Origin: Trueperaceae bacterium
GTDB taxonomy: Bacteria > Deinococcota > Deinococci > Deinococcales > Trueperaceae
Length of the DNA stretch: 64,000 bases
Direction: 5' to 3'
NCBI GenBank assembly: GCA_965214405.1
Contig: OZ243956.1
Coordinates: forward strand, 3,808,001-3,872,000
The notes under the pieces are model-generated. The model was not told the origin of the DNA, did not search any database, and saw only the letters and a list, made by a program, of their open reading frames with translations. Made by a program: the position numbers and the translations under genes. Shown one piece after another: positions 41,245 to 51,061 of this stretch; the first letter of the stretch is position 1, and every line of letters starts with the position of its first letter.

Positions 41245-41772
41245 ATGACCGTTCGACCCAACACCCTAAACGAATACAAAATTAAAGCGTCTATCCTGCT
41301 CAAACGTTTGCGCGCCGAAGACCCGGAAGCGGCGGCGCGGCTGGGGCGGTTGCCGCATCTTGCTGGGTTGGGCGTCGGGGAGGTGCTCGAGCAAAAACAC
41401 ACCATCAAGCGCAAACACGCGCTCGCCGTTGTTGCTTTAGAGGGGGGCTACGCTTCTTGGAGCGAACTCAAACATGCGCTCGAGGGGCAGGGGAGGGCGA
41501 ACGACGCGCTCCTCTACCCGCCTCACTGCGACGGTTTTCTCAACAACTGGTTTGCGGGTTATGAGGAGGCGAAAAAGTATCTGGCGGAGAGCGGGGGTTA
41601 CTTGCTGCCGTACAAGCACCAGTTTTTCGTGTGTCAGGCGGGGCATATCGAGGCGCTGGGGCTCGAGCCGGAGGACCCGGACTGGGTGCGTATCGGCTGG
41701 GATTGGGCTAAACCTGCGGATGAGGGGGCGTGGGAGAGGCTTGGTAAGAAATTACGGGGGCTCGAGCTTTAA
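41245..41772 (+). CDS. Hypothetical protein with LxxxKxxAxxL...AxExGYxSWxxLK N-terminal domain
   Basis: AAGGAG RBS; 175 aa; Trp-rich C-terminal half (LNNWF..YEEA, YLLPY..QF, DPDW..IG.DW). Confidence 0.8.
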   Translation: MTVRPNTLNEYKIKASILLKRLRAEDPEAAARLGRLPHLAGLGVGEVLEQKHTIKRKHALAVVALEGGYASWSELKHALEGQGRANDALLYPPHCDGFLNNWFAGYEEAKKYLAESGGYLLPYKHQFFVCQAGHIEALGLEPEDPDWVRIGWDWAKPADEGAWERLGKKLRGLEL

Positions 41773-41803
41773 CAATTGGGTTTATGGGGTGGGGCTCGAG
41801 CCC

Positions 41804-42676
41804 TCAATCCTGTAAAAACGCCAAAAGCTCCCGCACCGTCTCCTCCGGCTTTTCCTCGGCCAGGAAGTGACCTGCCGGGAGCGCCTTACCCTGCACGTCG
41901 CTGGCGTAGTCGCGCCAGATGGCGAGCACGTCGTAAAGGCGTTCCATCACCCCGTGCTCACCCCACAGGGCCAGCACTGGACACGTCACTTTGCGGTCTC
42001 GATCTCTTTCGTCGTGCTCCAAATCAACCGTCGCGGCGGCGCGGTAGTCTTCGCAGCTCGAGTGAATCGTCGCGGGGTCGCTAAAGGCGCGTTCGTATTC
42101 GGCGAGGGCTTCGGGCGCAAAAACGTCTAACCCGCTCCCCCAGCCGCCGAGCTTTTTGTGGAGGTAGTACACGGGGTCGGCCCCAATGAGGCGTTCGGGT
42201 AAATCAAAGGGCTGAGCGAGGAAAAACCAGTGATAGTAGGCGCGGGAGAGCGCGCTGTCGGTGTGGGTAAAGAGGTAGTGCGTCGGGACGATGTCGAGCA
42301 CGGCGAGCTTGCTTAGGCGTTCGGGGTGATCGAGCGCCAGGCGGTGCCCGACGCGCCCCCCGCGGTCGTGGCCGACGAGGGCGAAAGCGTCAAAGCCCAG
42401 CGCCGCCATGAGAGAAACGTTGTCCGCCGCCATCGCGCGTTTTGAGTAGGTGCTGTGGTCTTCCGCGCCAAAGGGTTTGGACGCGTCGCCGTAGCCGCGC
42501 AGGTCGGGCGCGACGACGGTGAAGTGCTCAGCCAAGGCCGGGGCCGTGAGGTGCCACATGACGTGGGTTTGCGGGTAGCCGTGGAGCAGCAGGAGGGGCG
42601 GGCCGCTCCCGCCGCAAACAAAGGGGAGGGTGACGTGGTTAAGCTCGAGCCTTTTCCTCTCAAATCCTTCAAACAT
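41804..42676 (-). CDS. Haloacetate dehalogenase-like alpha/beta hydrolase
   Basis: LLHGYPQTH, GHDRGGRV, YYHWFFL and GHFL.EE. Confidence 0.9.
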   Translation of the reverse strand: MFEGFERKRLELNHVTLPFVCGGSGPPLLLLHGYPQTHVMWHLTAPALAEHFTVVAPDLRGYGDASKPFGAEDHSTYSKRAMAADNVSLMAALGFDAFALVGHDRGGRVGHRLALDHPERLSKLAVLDIVPTHYLFTHTDSALSRAYYHWFFLAQPFDLPERLIGADPVYYLHKKLGGWGSGLDVFAPEALAEYERAFSDPATIHSSCEDYRAAATVDLEHDERDRDRKVTCPVLALWGEHGVMERLYDVLAIWRDYASDVQGKALPAGHFLAEEKPEETVRELLAFLQD

Positions 42677-42699
42677 GTGCCAGCCTACCCCAGGCGAGC

Positions 42700-43788
42700 C
42701 TAAACCTTGAACTCCCCGTTCTCCTGAAAGAGTTCTCCATCCAAATAAATCGCGCCGCCCTTTCGTAAGTCACAAATCATGTCCCAGTGGATAGCCGACT
42801 CGTTGGTGCCGCCCGTCTCCTCGTAGGACTGGCCGAGCGCCAAATGGACGGTGCCGCCGATTTTTTCATCAAACAAAATGCTTTTGGTGGGAATCTGGAT
42901 GTTGTAGTTCGTGCCGATGCCGAGTTCGCCCAAGAACCGCGCGCCCTCGTCCGTACTAAGCTGCGACTGGAGCAGGTCGTCGCCTTTGTCGGCGTGGGCC
43001 TCAGTCACCTTGCCGTCTTTGAAGGTGAGGCGCACATTTTCAACCTCAACGCCGCTGACCGCGCTCGGGATGGTGTAGGTGATGTGGCCGCTCGCGCTCT
43101 CTTCAAGGGGTCCCGTAAATACCTCGCCCGAGGGCATGTTGTGCCGCCCCGCCGAGTTAACCCAGGTGCGGCCCGCCACGTTGAGGGTAAGGTCGGTGCC
43201 GTCGCCTGTAATGTGAACTTCCTTGGCGCGGCTTAAGTGCTCAATCAGCCTCTCTTGGAAGTCCCGAATCTCGTTCCACTTCGCCACCGGGTCGTCGTCG
43301 AAAAGAAACATCGCGCCGTAGACGAACCGCTCGTACTCGCCCAAGCTCATCCCGGCGTCCTGCGCGCCCGCGGAGGTGGGGTAGAGGGTGCCAACCCACT
43401 TGGTCTCGCGCACGCGGATGTTCTGGACGGGGCGGTTGCGCTTTTGCAGGCGCGAGACTTTTGACTTGTCGGCGTTTTGGAGCGCCCTCGAGTTCTGCGG
43501 CGCGCCAATCCGAATCCAGGAGCCGATTTGTTTGATTTCGGAAAGCTCCAAGGTCGGCTCTGAATCAAAAAAGCTCTCGGGGGCTAGCTCGAGCACGTCC
43601 TCCGCCCGCTCTGGATAGCTCATGCGCAGGTGCGGCACGCCGCCTGCACGCAAGACTTCGCGGTAGACGGCGCGGGCCATCGGCTCGGCGGGGGTGTCTA
43701 CGTTGATGGAGACGTTCTCGTTTCTCTCGACGCGGCAGCAGTATTCGACTAACAGTTTGGCGTATTTTTCGTGGATGGGGTGAATCAT
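42700..43788 (-). CDS. M29 aminopeptidase (AmpT/PepS family)
   Basis: NMPSGEVFT.P, LGELGIG, LFDEKIGGT.H.ALG and SAIHWD. Confidence 0.93.
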   Translation of the reverse strand: MIHPIHEKYAKLLVEYCCRVERNENVSINVDTPAEPMARAVYREVLRAGGVPHLRMSYPERAEDVLELAPESFFDSEPTLELSEIKQIGSWIRIGAPQNSRALQNADKSKVSRLQKRNRPVQNIRVRETKWVGTLYPTSAGAQDAGMSLGEYERFVYGAMFLFDDDPVAKWNEIRDFQERLIEHLSRAKEVHITGDGTDLTLNVAGRTWVNSAGRHNMPSGEVFTGPLEESASGHITYTIPSAVSGVEVENVRLTFKDGKVTEAHADKGDDLLQSQLSTDEGARFLGELGIGTNYNIQIPTKSILFDEKIGGTVHLALGQSYEETGGTNESAIHWDMICDLRKGGAIYLDGELFQENGEFKV

Positions 43789-43870
43789 GCTGCCTAAGCT
43801 ACCACGGCGGGTTGTGAAGTGGGTTCGCAAAAACGGCCAAGGTGAGGGCGGTATGATGGGACTCGAGGTG

Positions 43871-44155
43871 ATGCTCATATTCAAGCCCGTTGAGGTTAAA
43901 GCGCTGCCGGATTACAGACTATGGTTGCGCTACGAAGACGGTGCGGAGGGCACGGTGGATGTGTCGTATCTGGTTGGGCGCGGCGTGTTCAGCCTGTGGG
44001 AGGACCAAAACGCCTTTGAAGGGGTCTCTATAGGGCCTTATGGCGAAGTGGCTTGGGGTGACGACATCGAACTCTGCCCTGACACTCTTTACTTCCAACT
44101 CACGGGAAAAACGCCTGAGGAAGTTTTTGTGCTTAACGAACGCGTGGATGCCTGA
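43871..44155 (+). CDS. DUF2442 family antitoxin-like protein
   Basis: V..L..YRL.L.Y.DG..G, GVF and W....LCPD.LY. Confidence 0.85.
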   Translation: MLIFKPVEVKALPDYRLWLRYEDGAEGTVDVSYLVGRGVFSLWEDQNAFEGVSIGPYGEVAWGDDIELCPDTLYFQLTGKTPEEVFVLNERVDA

Positions 44156-44407
44156 AGTCAGTCGCTTCTACGGCATTATTGTCAAGATGTACTTTAACGA
44201 CCATGCACCCCCGCATTTTCACGCCTTTTACGGTGAGAACGAAGCACTCATTAGCATCACAACGCTTGCTGTACTCGCCGGAAGATTACCCCCACGTGCT
44301 ATGGGACTCGTGACCGAATGAGCGTCTTTACGCCAAAACGAACTTCTGTTGCGCGGGAGAGGGCAAGAAATCAGGAGCCGCCGGGGAAGGTCGAGCCGCT
44401 GTCGTGA
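44148..44407 (+). pseudogene. DUF4160 family toxin-like gene, disrupted
   Basis: MPEVSRFYGI...DH.PPHFHA.Y; TGA at 44319 where Trp is expected, then a 1-nt frameshift before ERARNQEPPGKVEPL. Confidence 0.82.
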
Positions 44408-44426
44408 AGGGAATACGGGAATCCTG

Positions 44427-45347
44427 TCAGTCCAGGGGCTCGAGTTCTCCCTCGACCAATCCCAAATACCGCCTCAGACGCTCCGCTGGGTTCTTACGCA
44501 AATCGGGATGGTCGAGGCGCTGCGGGATTTTGCCCATCATGTAGAAAAAGCGGAGCGCGGTGCCGAGCCTCGTTTCGTCATCGTCAAGCGCGCCGTAGCC
44601 CTCCAAAAAGGCGGGCCAGACCTCGTCCACGTATCCCTTGGCGACAGGATGCAGTCGCGCCGCGCCCACGTCAAAGGCGCGCGGGCCGAAGCCGCATTCG
44701 TCAAAGTCTAAGAGGGTGTAGTGGTCGCCGTGTTCAAGAACGTTGCCCAGGTGAACGTCGGCGTGAACGAAGGAGCGTTCAGCGGGGAGGCGGGGCCAGA
44801 GGCCGAAAAGTCTATCCGCCAACCTCTCGAACGCCGCCTTGTCCGCAGAAGTGAGAAAGGGAGCGGCTAAAAGGGACTCGAGCGAGTGCAAAATCACCCG
44901 CTCTGCGTCGTAGACGGGTCGCTGCCAGCCCGACCAGGTCGGAGGCTGCGACTGCGCCACGCGCGGGGCCTCGTCGTGAAGGGCGCGCAGAATGTGGCCG
45001 AGTTGCCGGTAGCTTTGGGGGGTGGACTCGAGCCAGTCCCCCTCCACAAACCCAAAAGCGGCGTAGGTGTGTGTCTCTCCAACCGTGAGAAGTTCGCCTT
45101 GCACATTTGGGAGAACATCGGGAACGTTGAGCACATCTTTTAGCGCCACCATCCAGGCAAGTTCGGCCTCAACCTCCCCTTCGCTCCTCACCCCGGCGCG
45201 GTAGCGGCGTACGACGAAACGCGTTTCGGGCGTGCGGGCGAGCAGATGCAGGTTCTCGCCGCTCGAGAGTTCTACAAACTCCGTCTCCTCCGGCCAGCCG
45301 TACGCGCGGCGAAGGAACTCGGTTTCACTTGGAGACGTTAAAGACAT
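44427..45347 (-). CDS. Phosphotransferase (homoserine kinase type II/APH-like)
   Basis: EL.WM..L, HADVHLGN and LDFDECG. Confidence 0.85.
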   Translation of the reverse strand: MSLTSPSETEFLRRAYGWPEETEFVELSSGENLHLLARTPETRFVVRRYRAGVRSEGEVEAELAWMVALKDVLNVPDVLPNVQGELLTVGETHTYAAFGFVEGDWLESTPQSYRQLGHILRALHDEAPRVAQSQPPTWSGWQRPVYDAERVILHSLESLLAAPFLTSADKAAFERLADRLFGLWPRLPAERSFVHADVHLGNVLEHGDHYTLLDFDECGFGPRAFDVGAARLHPVAKGYVDEVWPAFLEGYGALDDDETRLGTALRFFYMMGKIPQRLDHPDLRKNPAERLRRYLGLVEGELEPLD

Positions 45348-45762
45348 TCGCGCCGAGCGCCACCAAGGTGCCCGCGTCGTCGTGAACCTCGCTCCGCACG
45401 ACAATCACGCGGCCCCCCGCGCGCATCACTTCGGAGGTGGTGTAAAGTCGCGTGCCCTTGGCGGGTTTGAGGTAGTCCACGCGCATGTCGATAGTCGAAA
45501 TCCGCTCGATGAGGTTTTTGTCACTCAGCGAGAGCGCGGCGGCGACCCCGGCGGTGGCGTCGATGACAAAGGAGACGAGGCCGCCGTGGGGCATCTTGCG
45601 TTGCGCGTTGCCCAAAAATTCGGGGCGCATCTCCAAACGCGTGACCACCAAGGCGCGCGCCTCGTCGAAGCGCTCGAGCCTGAGCCCCAGGTGTTTGTTA
45701 AAAGGGATGAAGTCTTCAACGAGTTCGCGGAACGTTTCAGCGTCAATGGGGTGAGGGAGCAT
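45325..45762 (-). CDS. PaaI-family hotdog thioesterase
   Basis: PFN..LG, HGG....ID and TIDMRVDYL.P. Confidence 0.9.
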   Translation of the reverse strand: MLPHPIDAETFRELVEDFIPFNKHLGLRLERFDEARALVVTRLEMRPEFLGNAQRKMPHGGLVSFVIDATAGVAAALSLSDKNLIERISTIDMRVDYLKPAKGTRLYTTSEVMRAGGRVIVVRSEVHDDAGTLVALGANVFNVSK

Positions 45763-45802
45763 GTGTCAGTTTAACGGACGCTTTGGGTATAGGGGTTAGG
45801 GC

Positions 45803-46819
45803 TTAACGGTCGCGGCGTATAACCGCGCCGTTAAGCCCATTCAGGCGCTCGGGCAGGCTCTCCAAAGGAATCACGTCAAAAGAGAAAACGTCGAAGGTGG
45901 TGTGGCGAACCTCCAGCGGCTCAAAATTCACATCCATCACTGTAACTGTAGAGCGCGGCGGCGCGTCACTCCCCAAAAGCTGCCGCGCGCCGACGCCGCC
46001 CGTATGGAGGAGTTCCAACGCACCTCGTTTCCCCGGAAAGTAGGCCGCGTGGTGACCGCTGACGTAGGTGTGGACGCCGTGGCGCTCCAAAAGTTCACGC
46101 AGGGCGTCACCGTCCGCCAAGACCTCACCCGGCTTGTTCTTCTCCGCCGAAACGCCGTAAAGGGGCAGGTGCCCCACGACGAGACGCAGCGCCGCCTCTC
46201 GCGCGGCGGGGCTTTCGAGTTCCCCCTCCGCCCACGCCCGCTGCGCTTCGGTGATTGTTGCGCTCGAGGCGTCCCAAACCAGAATGAACACGGGTTTATC
46301 TGATTTATCAGGAGGTGTAAAAACAAAGGAGTAGTTGAAGGGAAAGTCTGCCTTGTCATGATAGGCCAAACGCTCCTCATGCTGAGGCTCCAGCCAGTAC
46401 GCCCCCGCCGCCTCTCGCTCTCTCGCGTATACAAAATTTCCATCGGCGCGGCGTAGGCTCGAGCCGTCGTGATTACCCACCGCAAAGGCGTAAGGAATGC
46501 CCGCGTCTCGCAAGGGACGAGCAACCGCGCGGTCGAAAGCTTCCCACATTTCTGCAAAACGCGTGTCCGGCAGGCTGGCCTTTTGTCCCGCCACCACGTC
46601 TCCCGCGGACAAAAAAAGGTCGGGCTGCCATACTTGGATGGTTGTCTCGGTGACCCTCGCCACCGCCGGGCTATAGCTCGTCACGCCGTAAGACCCGTTA
46701 AAATCGCTCAAGAGAACCACGCGCAGGTCGCCGCGGGGTGGGTTGGCGGGTGTCTGGGCGGATATTTGGGTAACGAAAAGAGAAGAGGTAAATAAGGTAA
46801 AAAGGAGCATGAAGCGCAT
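45803..46819 (-). CDS. Exported metallophosphoesterase
   Basis: SD, AGDVV, GNHD, GHLP and SGHH motifs; signal peptide. Confidence 0.88.
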   Translation of the reverse strand: MRFMLLFTLFTSSLFVTQISAQTPANPPRGDLRVVLLSDFNGSYGVTSYSPAVARVTETTIQVWQPDLFLSAGDVVAGQKASLPDTRFAEMWEAFDRAVARPLRDAGIPYAFAVGNHDGSSLRRADGNFVYAREREAAGAYWLEPQHEERLAYHDKADFPFNYSFVFTPPDKSDKPVFILVWDASSATITEAQRAWAEGELESPAAREAALRLVVGHLPLYGVSAEKNKPGEVLADGDALRELLERHGVHTYVSGHHAAYFPGKRGALELLHTGGVGARQLLGSDAPPRSTVTVMDVNFEPLEVRHTTFDVFSFDVIPLESLPERLNGLNGAVIRRDR

Positions 46820-46870
46820 GAGTCAGTCTACCTGTCAATTTGCCTGTTGGTTTACTAGGGCGGGGCGTAG

Positions 46871-47812
46871 GTGAGGGGATTCTTTCGAGGACGTCGGAAC
46901 TCTAAACGCGCCACCGGGCGCGAGATTCGCTACGAGCTTTGGGACGTGTTCACCATCACGCCCTTTACGGGCAACCCGCTGGCCGTCGTGCTCGACGCGG
47001 AGGGGCTGGCGGGCGAGGACATGCAACGCGTAGCGCGCGAACTCAACTTGTCGGAGACGAGCTTTGTGTTGCCCTCACAAAGGGCGGACGTGCGGGCGCG
47101 CTTTTTTACCCCGGCGCGCGAACTGCCGATGGCGGGGCATCCGAGCGTCGGGACGGTCTACGCGCTGGAGCATCTGGGACGTTTGAAACGGGAGAGTGTG
47201 ATTTTCACCCTCGAGCTGGGCGTCGGCCCCGTGCGGATGGGGCTCGAGCGGCGTGACGGGCGGCTCGAGCGCGTCTGGATGAATCAGGGCGTACCGGAGT
47301 TGGGCGAGGTTATCGAGAACCGGGCCGGAGTCGCGGCGGCGCTGGGACTCACCACCGCTGACCTCAAAGCCAATCTTCCCGTCCAAATCGGCTCCGCGGG
47401 CGTGCCCTTTCTCTTTGTACCCGTGGTTTCGTTGGAGGCGCTGGGCCGGGCGAGGTTGAATTTGGCTGCCTTGTCCAGTTTTATGGAGGACGAGCACCAG
47501 GCGGTGTTTCTCTTCACGCGTCACCAAGACGGGGCGGACATCCGCGCGCGGATGCTGGGCGAGGCGCTGGGCGTGGTCGAGGACCCCGCGACGGGGAGCG
47601 CGCACGGGCCGCTCGGGGCGTATCTGGCGACGCACGGCGTGCTCTCGCTGCAAGGGGGCGGGGCGACTTTTGTGAGCCGTCAGGGGGTCGAGATGGGCAG
47701 GCCGAGTCGGCTTGAAGTGAGCGTCCAGGCGGTTGATACTGGAGATTCGAGTTTCGAGGTTTACGTGGGGGGCAGCGCCGTGAGGGTGGGAGAGGGTAAG
47801 CTGTACGGGTAA
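46871..47812 (+). CDS. PhzF-family isomerase
   Basis: DVF...PF.GNPLAV, LSET.F, ELPMAGHP, EDPATGSA and QG.EMGRPS. Confidence 0.92.
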   Translation: MRGFFRGRRNSKRATGREIRYELWDVFTITPFTGNPLAVVLDAEGLAGEDMQRVARELNLSETSFVLPSQRADVRARFFTPARELPMAGHPSVGTVYALEHLGRLKRESVIFTLELGVGPVRMGLERRDGRLERVWMNQGVPELGEVIENRAGVAAALGLTTADLKANLPVQIGSAGVPFLFVPVVSLEALGRARLNLAALSSFMEDEHQAVFLFTRHQDGADIRARMLGEALGVVEDPATGSAHGPLGAYLATHGVLSLQGGGATFVSRQGVEMGRPSRLEVSVQAVDTGDSSFEVYVGGSAVRVGEGKLYG

Positions 47813-47841
47813 TGGGAAACGGGTGATGGGAGCATGACGAC

Positions 47842-48537
47842 ATGAAAGAGCGGTTGCAAAAGTTTCTCTCTCGAGCGGGCGTGGCGAGCCGCCGCAAGGC
47901 GGAGGTGCTGATTACCGAGGGCCGGGTGACGGTCAACGGGCAAAAGGCCGAACTGGGGATGAAGGTCTCGGGCGAAGACGAGGTGCGCGTGGGCGGCGAG
48001 CGGATAGAAAACAATACAAAACGCGTTACCTACGCTTTTAATAAACCTCCCGGTGTCATCACCACCGTGACCGACAACCGGGGGCGTCCGACGGTCATTG
48101 ACCTTTTTCCCGAGATACCCGGCCTCCACCCGGCGGGGCGCTTGGACGCCGAGTCCGAAGGGTTATTGATTGTCACCAACGACGGCGACCTCACCCTCGA
48201 GCTGACCCACCCGCGTTATGGTCACGAAAAAGAGTACCGGGTCTGGTGCCGGGAGGGCACGCTGCAAGCGTGGGCGTTGGGGAAACTTGAGAAAGGTATC
48301 GAACTCGAGGACGGCTTGGCCCGCGCCATCGTCGCCAAGGTGGCCGACGGCGGCTGCACGCTCGTGTTGGACGAAGGCCGCAACCATCAGGTGCGGCGCA
48401 TGTTGGGGGCCTTGGGCCTGCACGTGACGCGGCTCCAGCGGATTCGCATCGGGGGGCTCGAGCTGGGCAACCTCAAGCCGGGGGGCTACCGCAGGTTGTC
48501 GCAAGAGGACCTCGCGCGGCTGCGCGGGAGCCGGTAG
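47842..48537 (+). CDS. RsuA/RluB-family pseudouridine synthase
   Basis: S4 domain ERLQK.L...GVASRR; GRLD..SEGL and EGRNHQVRRM. Confidence 0.93.
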   Translation: MKERLQKFLSRAGVASRRKAEVLITEGRVTVNGQKAELGMKVSGEDEVRVGGERIENNTKRVTYAFNKPPGVITTVTDNRGRPTVIDLFPEIPGLHPAGRLDAESEGLLIVTNDGDLTLELTHPRYGHEKEYRVWCREGTLQAWALGKLEKGIELEDGLARAIVAKVADGGCTLVLDEGRNHQVRRMLGALGLHVTRLQRIRIGGLELGNLKPGGYRRLSQEDLARLRGSR

Positions 48538-48656
48538 CAGGTATCATCTGGTTTGAGCAAGATTTAGTCTATATCTTACCTTCTAAGATGTAGCTTCAAA
48601 GATCATATCTGCTTTAATAGGCTCAACCTTTTTGAAAACCGCTTTAGAGGAGTGAG

Positions 48657-49196
48657 ATGAGCGACACCATTTTTACGCCCGGCGAGGGCGCGGTCCAGAT
48701 TGACGAGGCGCGTATCAAAGCGCGTATAGAGGAACTGGGCGAGCAAATCACCGCGGACTACGCGGGCAGGCCGCTCCACCTCGTCTGCGTGCTCAACGGC
48801 GCGTTCATTTTTATGGCTGACTTGGTGAGAGCCATCGACCTGCCCCTCACGACCGACTTTTTGTCCGTGTCCTCCTACGGCTCGCGCACCGAGACCTCGG
48901 GCGAGGTGCGGTTGGTCAAGGATTTGGAGCAGTCGCTAAAAAATAAGCACGTGCTGCTGGTCGAGGACATCGTGGACACGGGGCTCACCATGCAGTACCT
49001 CTTGGGCTACCTCCGAGGCCGCGGGCCGCTCTCGGTGGGGGTGGTGGCGCTCCTCTCCAAGCCGTCGCGGCGGCTGGTGGAGGTGCCGGTTGAATATCTC
49101 GGCTTCGAGATAGAGGACGCGTTTGTTTACGGCTACGGGCTCGACGTGGCGCACATCTACCGGAACATCCCCTTTGTGACGAGCCAAAAGGATTAG
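48657..49196 (+). CDS. hpt: Hypoxanthine phosphoribosyltransferase
   Basis: VL.GAFIFMADL, VLLVEDIVDTGLT and FV.GYGLD. Confidence 0.95.
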   Translation: MSDTIFTPGEGAVQIDEARIKARIEELGEQITADYAGRPLHLVCVLNGAFIFMADLVRAIDLPLTTDFLSVSSYGSRTETSGEVRLVKDLEQSLKNKHVLLVEDIVDTGLTMQYLLGYLRGRGPLSVGVVALLSKPSRRLVEVPVEYLGFEIEDAFVYGYGLDVAHIYRNIPFVTSQKD

Positions 49197-49198
49197 CG

Positions 49199-50353
49199 GT
49201 GACGAGGCGAACGGGGCTCCTCGCGCTCCTCGTCCTTGCCGTTCTCCTCGTGGCGTCCTTGGCGGTGTCTCGAGCCCGCCGCGACCGCACCCCGCCCGCT
49301 GTTGAGGTGAGGCTCGAGCCCCAAATAGTAGCGGAACGCCCGTTCGAGGTCTTCTTAAGCGCCGACGAACCCGTGACTTACACCCTCCGTTACGGCGACG
49401 CGGTTTTCACACGCGCCCCTCAAGATGACGCTGAGGATACGGTGTCTTTAACGGGACTACCGGGACCGGAAGAGCTTTTAGTCACCGCGACGGACGCGGT
49501 AGGCAACAGCAGCGAGATTCGTCACCCTGTCTATGGCGTCCCGGCTCTCCAACCGCTCATCAAGATGCCCAGGGAAGTCGTTCCCGGTCAACCTTTCAGC
49601 GCGCGCGTGGTCTGGGCACCCGAGAGCGTACGGGCGGCGTCGCTCACCCTCTCGGTTGACGGGCGGCCTCTGGACGTTTTCGAGGAGGGCGCGGCGCATG
49701 TCGGCCTCGCCAGCGTGCCCCTGGGGACGCCGCCGGGGGCGGGGGAGGTGGGTGTAAAGCTCACCGACGAATACGGACGCGAAGTGCGCGTCACGCGTCC
49801 CTTGACCGTTCTCGCCGATCCCCGCCCCGTCCAAGAACTCGCCGTGCCCGCCGCCCTTCTAGCCTCCTCGACGCCCGAAAACGAGGCGTTGGAGGCGGGG
49901 GTTTTGCAAGAGGCTTACGCCCACGCTCTCCAAACGCCCGCGCCCCGTGCGCTCGAGCCCTTCCTCCTCCCTATTACGGGCCGCAGCACCAGCGGCTACG
50001 GCACGCCGCGGCGTTACGAACGCGGCGGCGCGGTCTTTTATCACGAGGGTGCCGACTTAGCCGCCCCGGTGGGCACGCCCGTAAGGGCGACCAACGCGGG
50101 GCGGGTGCTCGTCGCTGACTTTTTTCCCATCAAGGGCGGTCTGGTGGTGATTGACCACGGTGGGGGCGTCGTAAGCCTCTACTTTCACCAGTCCAAGATT
50201 CTGGTCAAGGCGGGCGATTGGGTGGGACGCGGCGACGTGATTGGTGAGGTCGGCACCACGGGACGCTCGACGGGGCCGCACCTCCACTGGGAAATGCGTG
50301 TGGGAGGCGTGCCGAGTGACCCGCTGGCCTGGGTGGACAGGGTTCTGCCCTAG
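49199..50353 (+). CDS. M23 family metallopeptidase
   Basis: HEGAD, IDHG and TGPHLHWE; N-terminal TM. Confidence 0.9.
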   Translation: MTRRTGLLALLVLAVLLVASLAVSRARRDRTPPAVEVRLEPQIVAERPFEVFLSADEPVTYTLRYGDAVFTRAPQDDAEDTVSLTGLPGPEELLVTATDAVGNSSEIRHPVYGVPALQPLIKMPREVVPGQPFSARVVWAPESVRAASLTLSVDGRPLDVFEEGAAHVGLASVPLGTPPGAGEVGVKLTDEYGREVRVTRPLTVLADPRPVQELAVPAALLASSTPENEALEAGVLQEAYAHALQTPAPRALEPFLLPITGRSTSGYGTPRRYERGGAVFYHEGADLAAPVGTPVRATNAGRVLVADFFPIKGGLVVIDHGGGVVSLYFHQSKILVKAGDWVGRGDVIGEVGTTGRSTGPHLHWEMRVGGVPSDPLAWVDRVLP

Positions 50354-51061
50354 AGAATCGACCTGGTTTCCGAGGGACTTACTGCGAGAGAGACGCCATC
50401 TCTTCGTCGCTCAGTTGCAAAGACGAGGCGGCGATGTTTTCTTCTAGGTGCTCAACGCTCGAGGTGCCCGGAATGGGCAGCATCACGGGCGACTTTCGTA
50501 AAAGCCACGCGAGCGCCACCTGGCTGGGCGTCGCGCCGTGCGCGTCGGCCACCTTGGCGACCGCGTTTCCCGGCAGATCGCCCGTGGCGACCGGTGCCCA
50601 GGGGATGAAGCCGACGCCCTGCGCTTCGCAAGCCTCCAGCACCTCTTCCGAATCGCGGTCGGTTAAGTTGTAGCGGTTTTGAACCGAGACGATTTGGGTT
50701 ATTTCTTGCGCCTTGTTAAGCTGCTCCACGCTCACGTTGGAGAGCCCGAGAAAGCGAATTTTCCCCTCTTTTTGCATGTCGGCGAGCGCGCCCACGGATT
50801 CTTCAAAAGGCACCTCGGGGTCGGGCCGGTGGAACTGGTAGAGGTCGATGCGCTCGAGCTTAAGCCGTTTCAAAGACCCCTCAAGCGCCTTCCGCAAATG
50901 CTCGGGCCGCCCGTCGGGCTCCCACTTGTTCGGCCCCGGCCGCACCAGGCCGCCCTTGGTGGCGATGACCAGCCCTTCCGGGTAAGGGTAAAGCGTCTCG
51001 GCGAGGAGGGTTTCGTTCACGTCGGGGCCGTAAGCGTCCGCGGTGTCGATAAAGTTGACAC

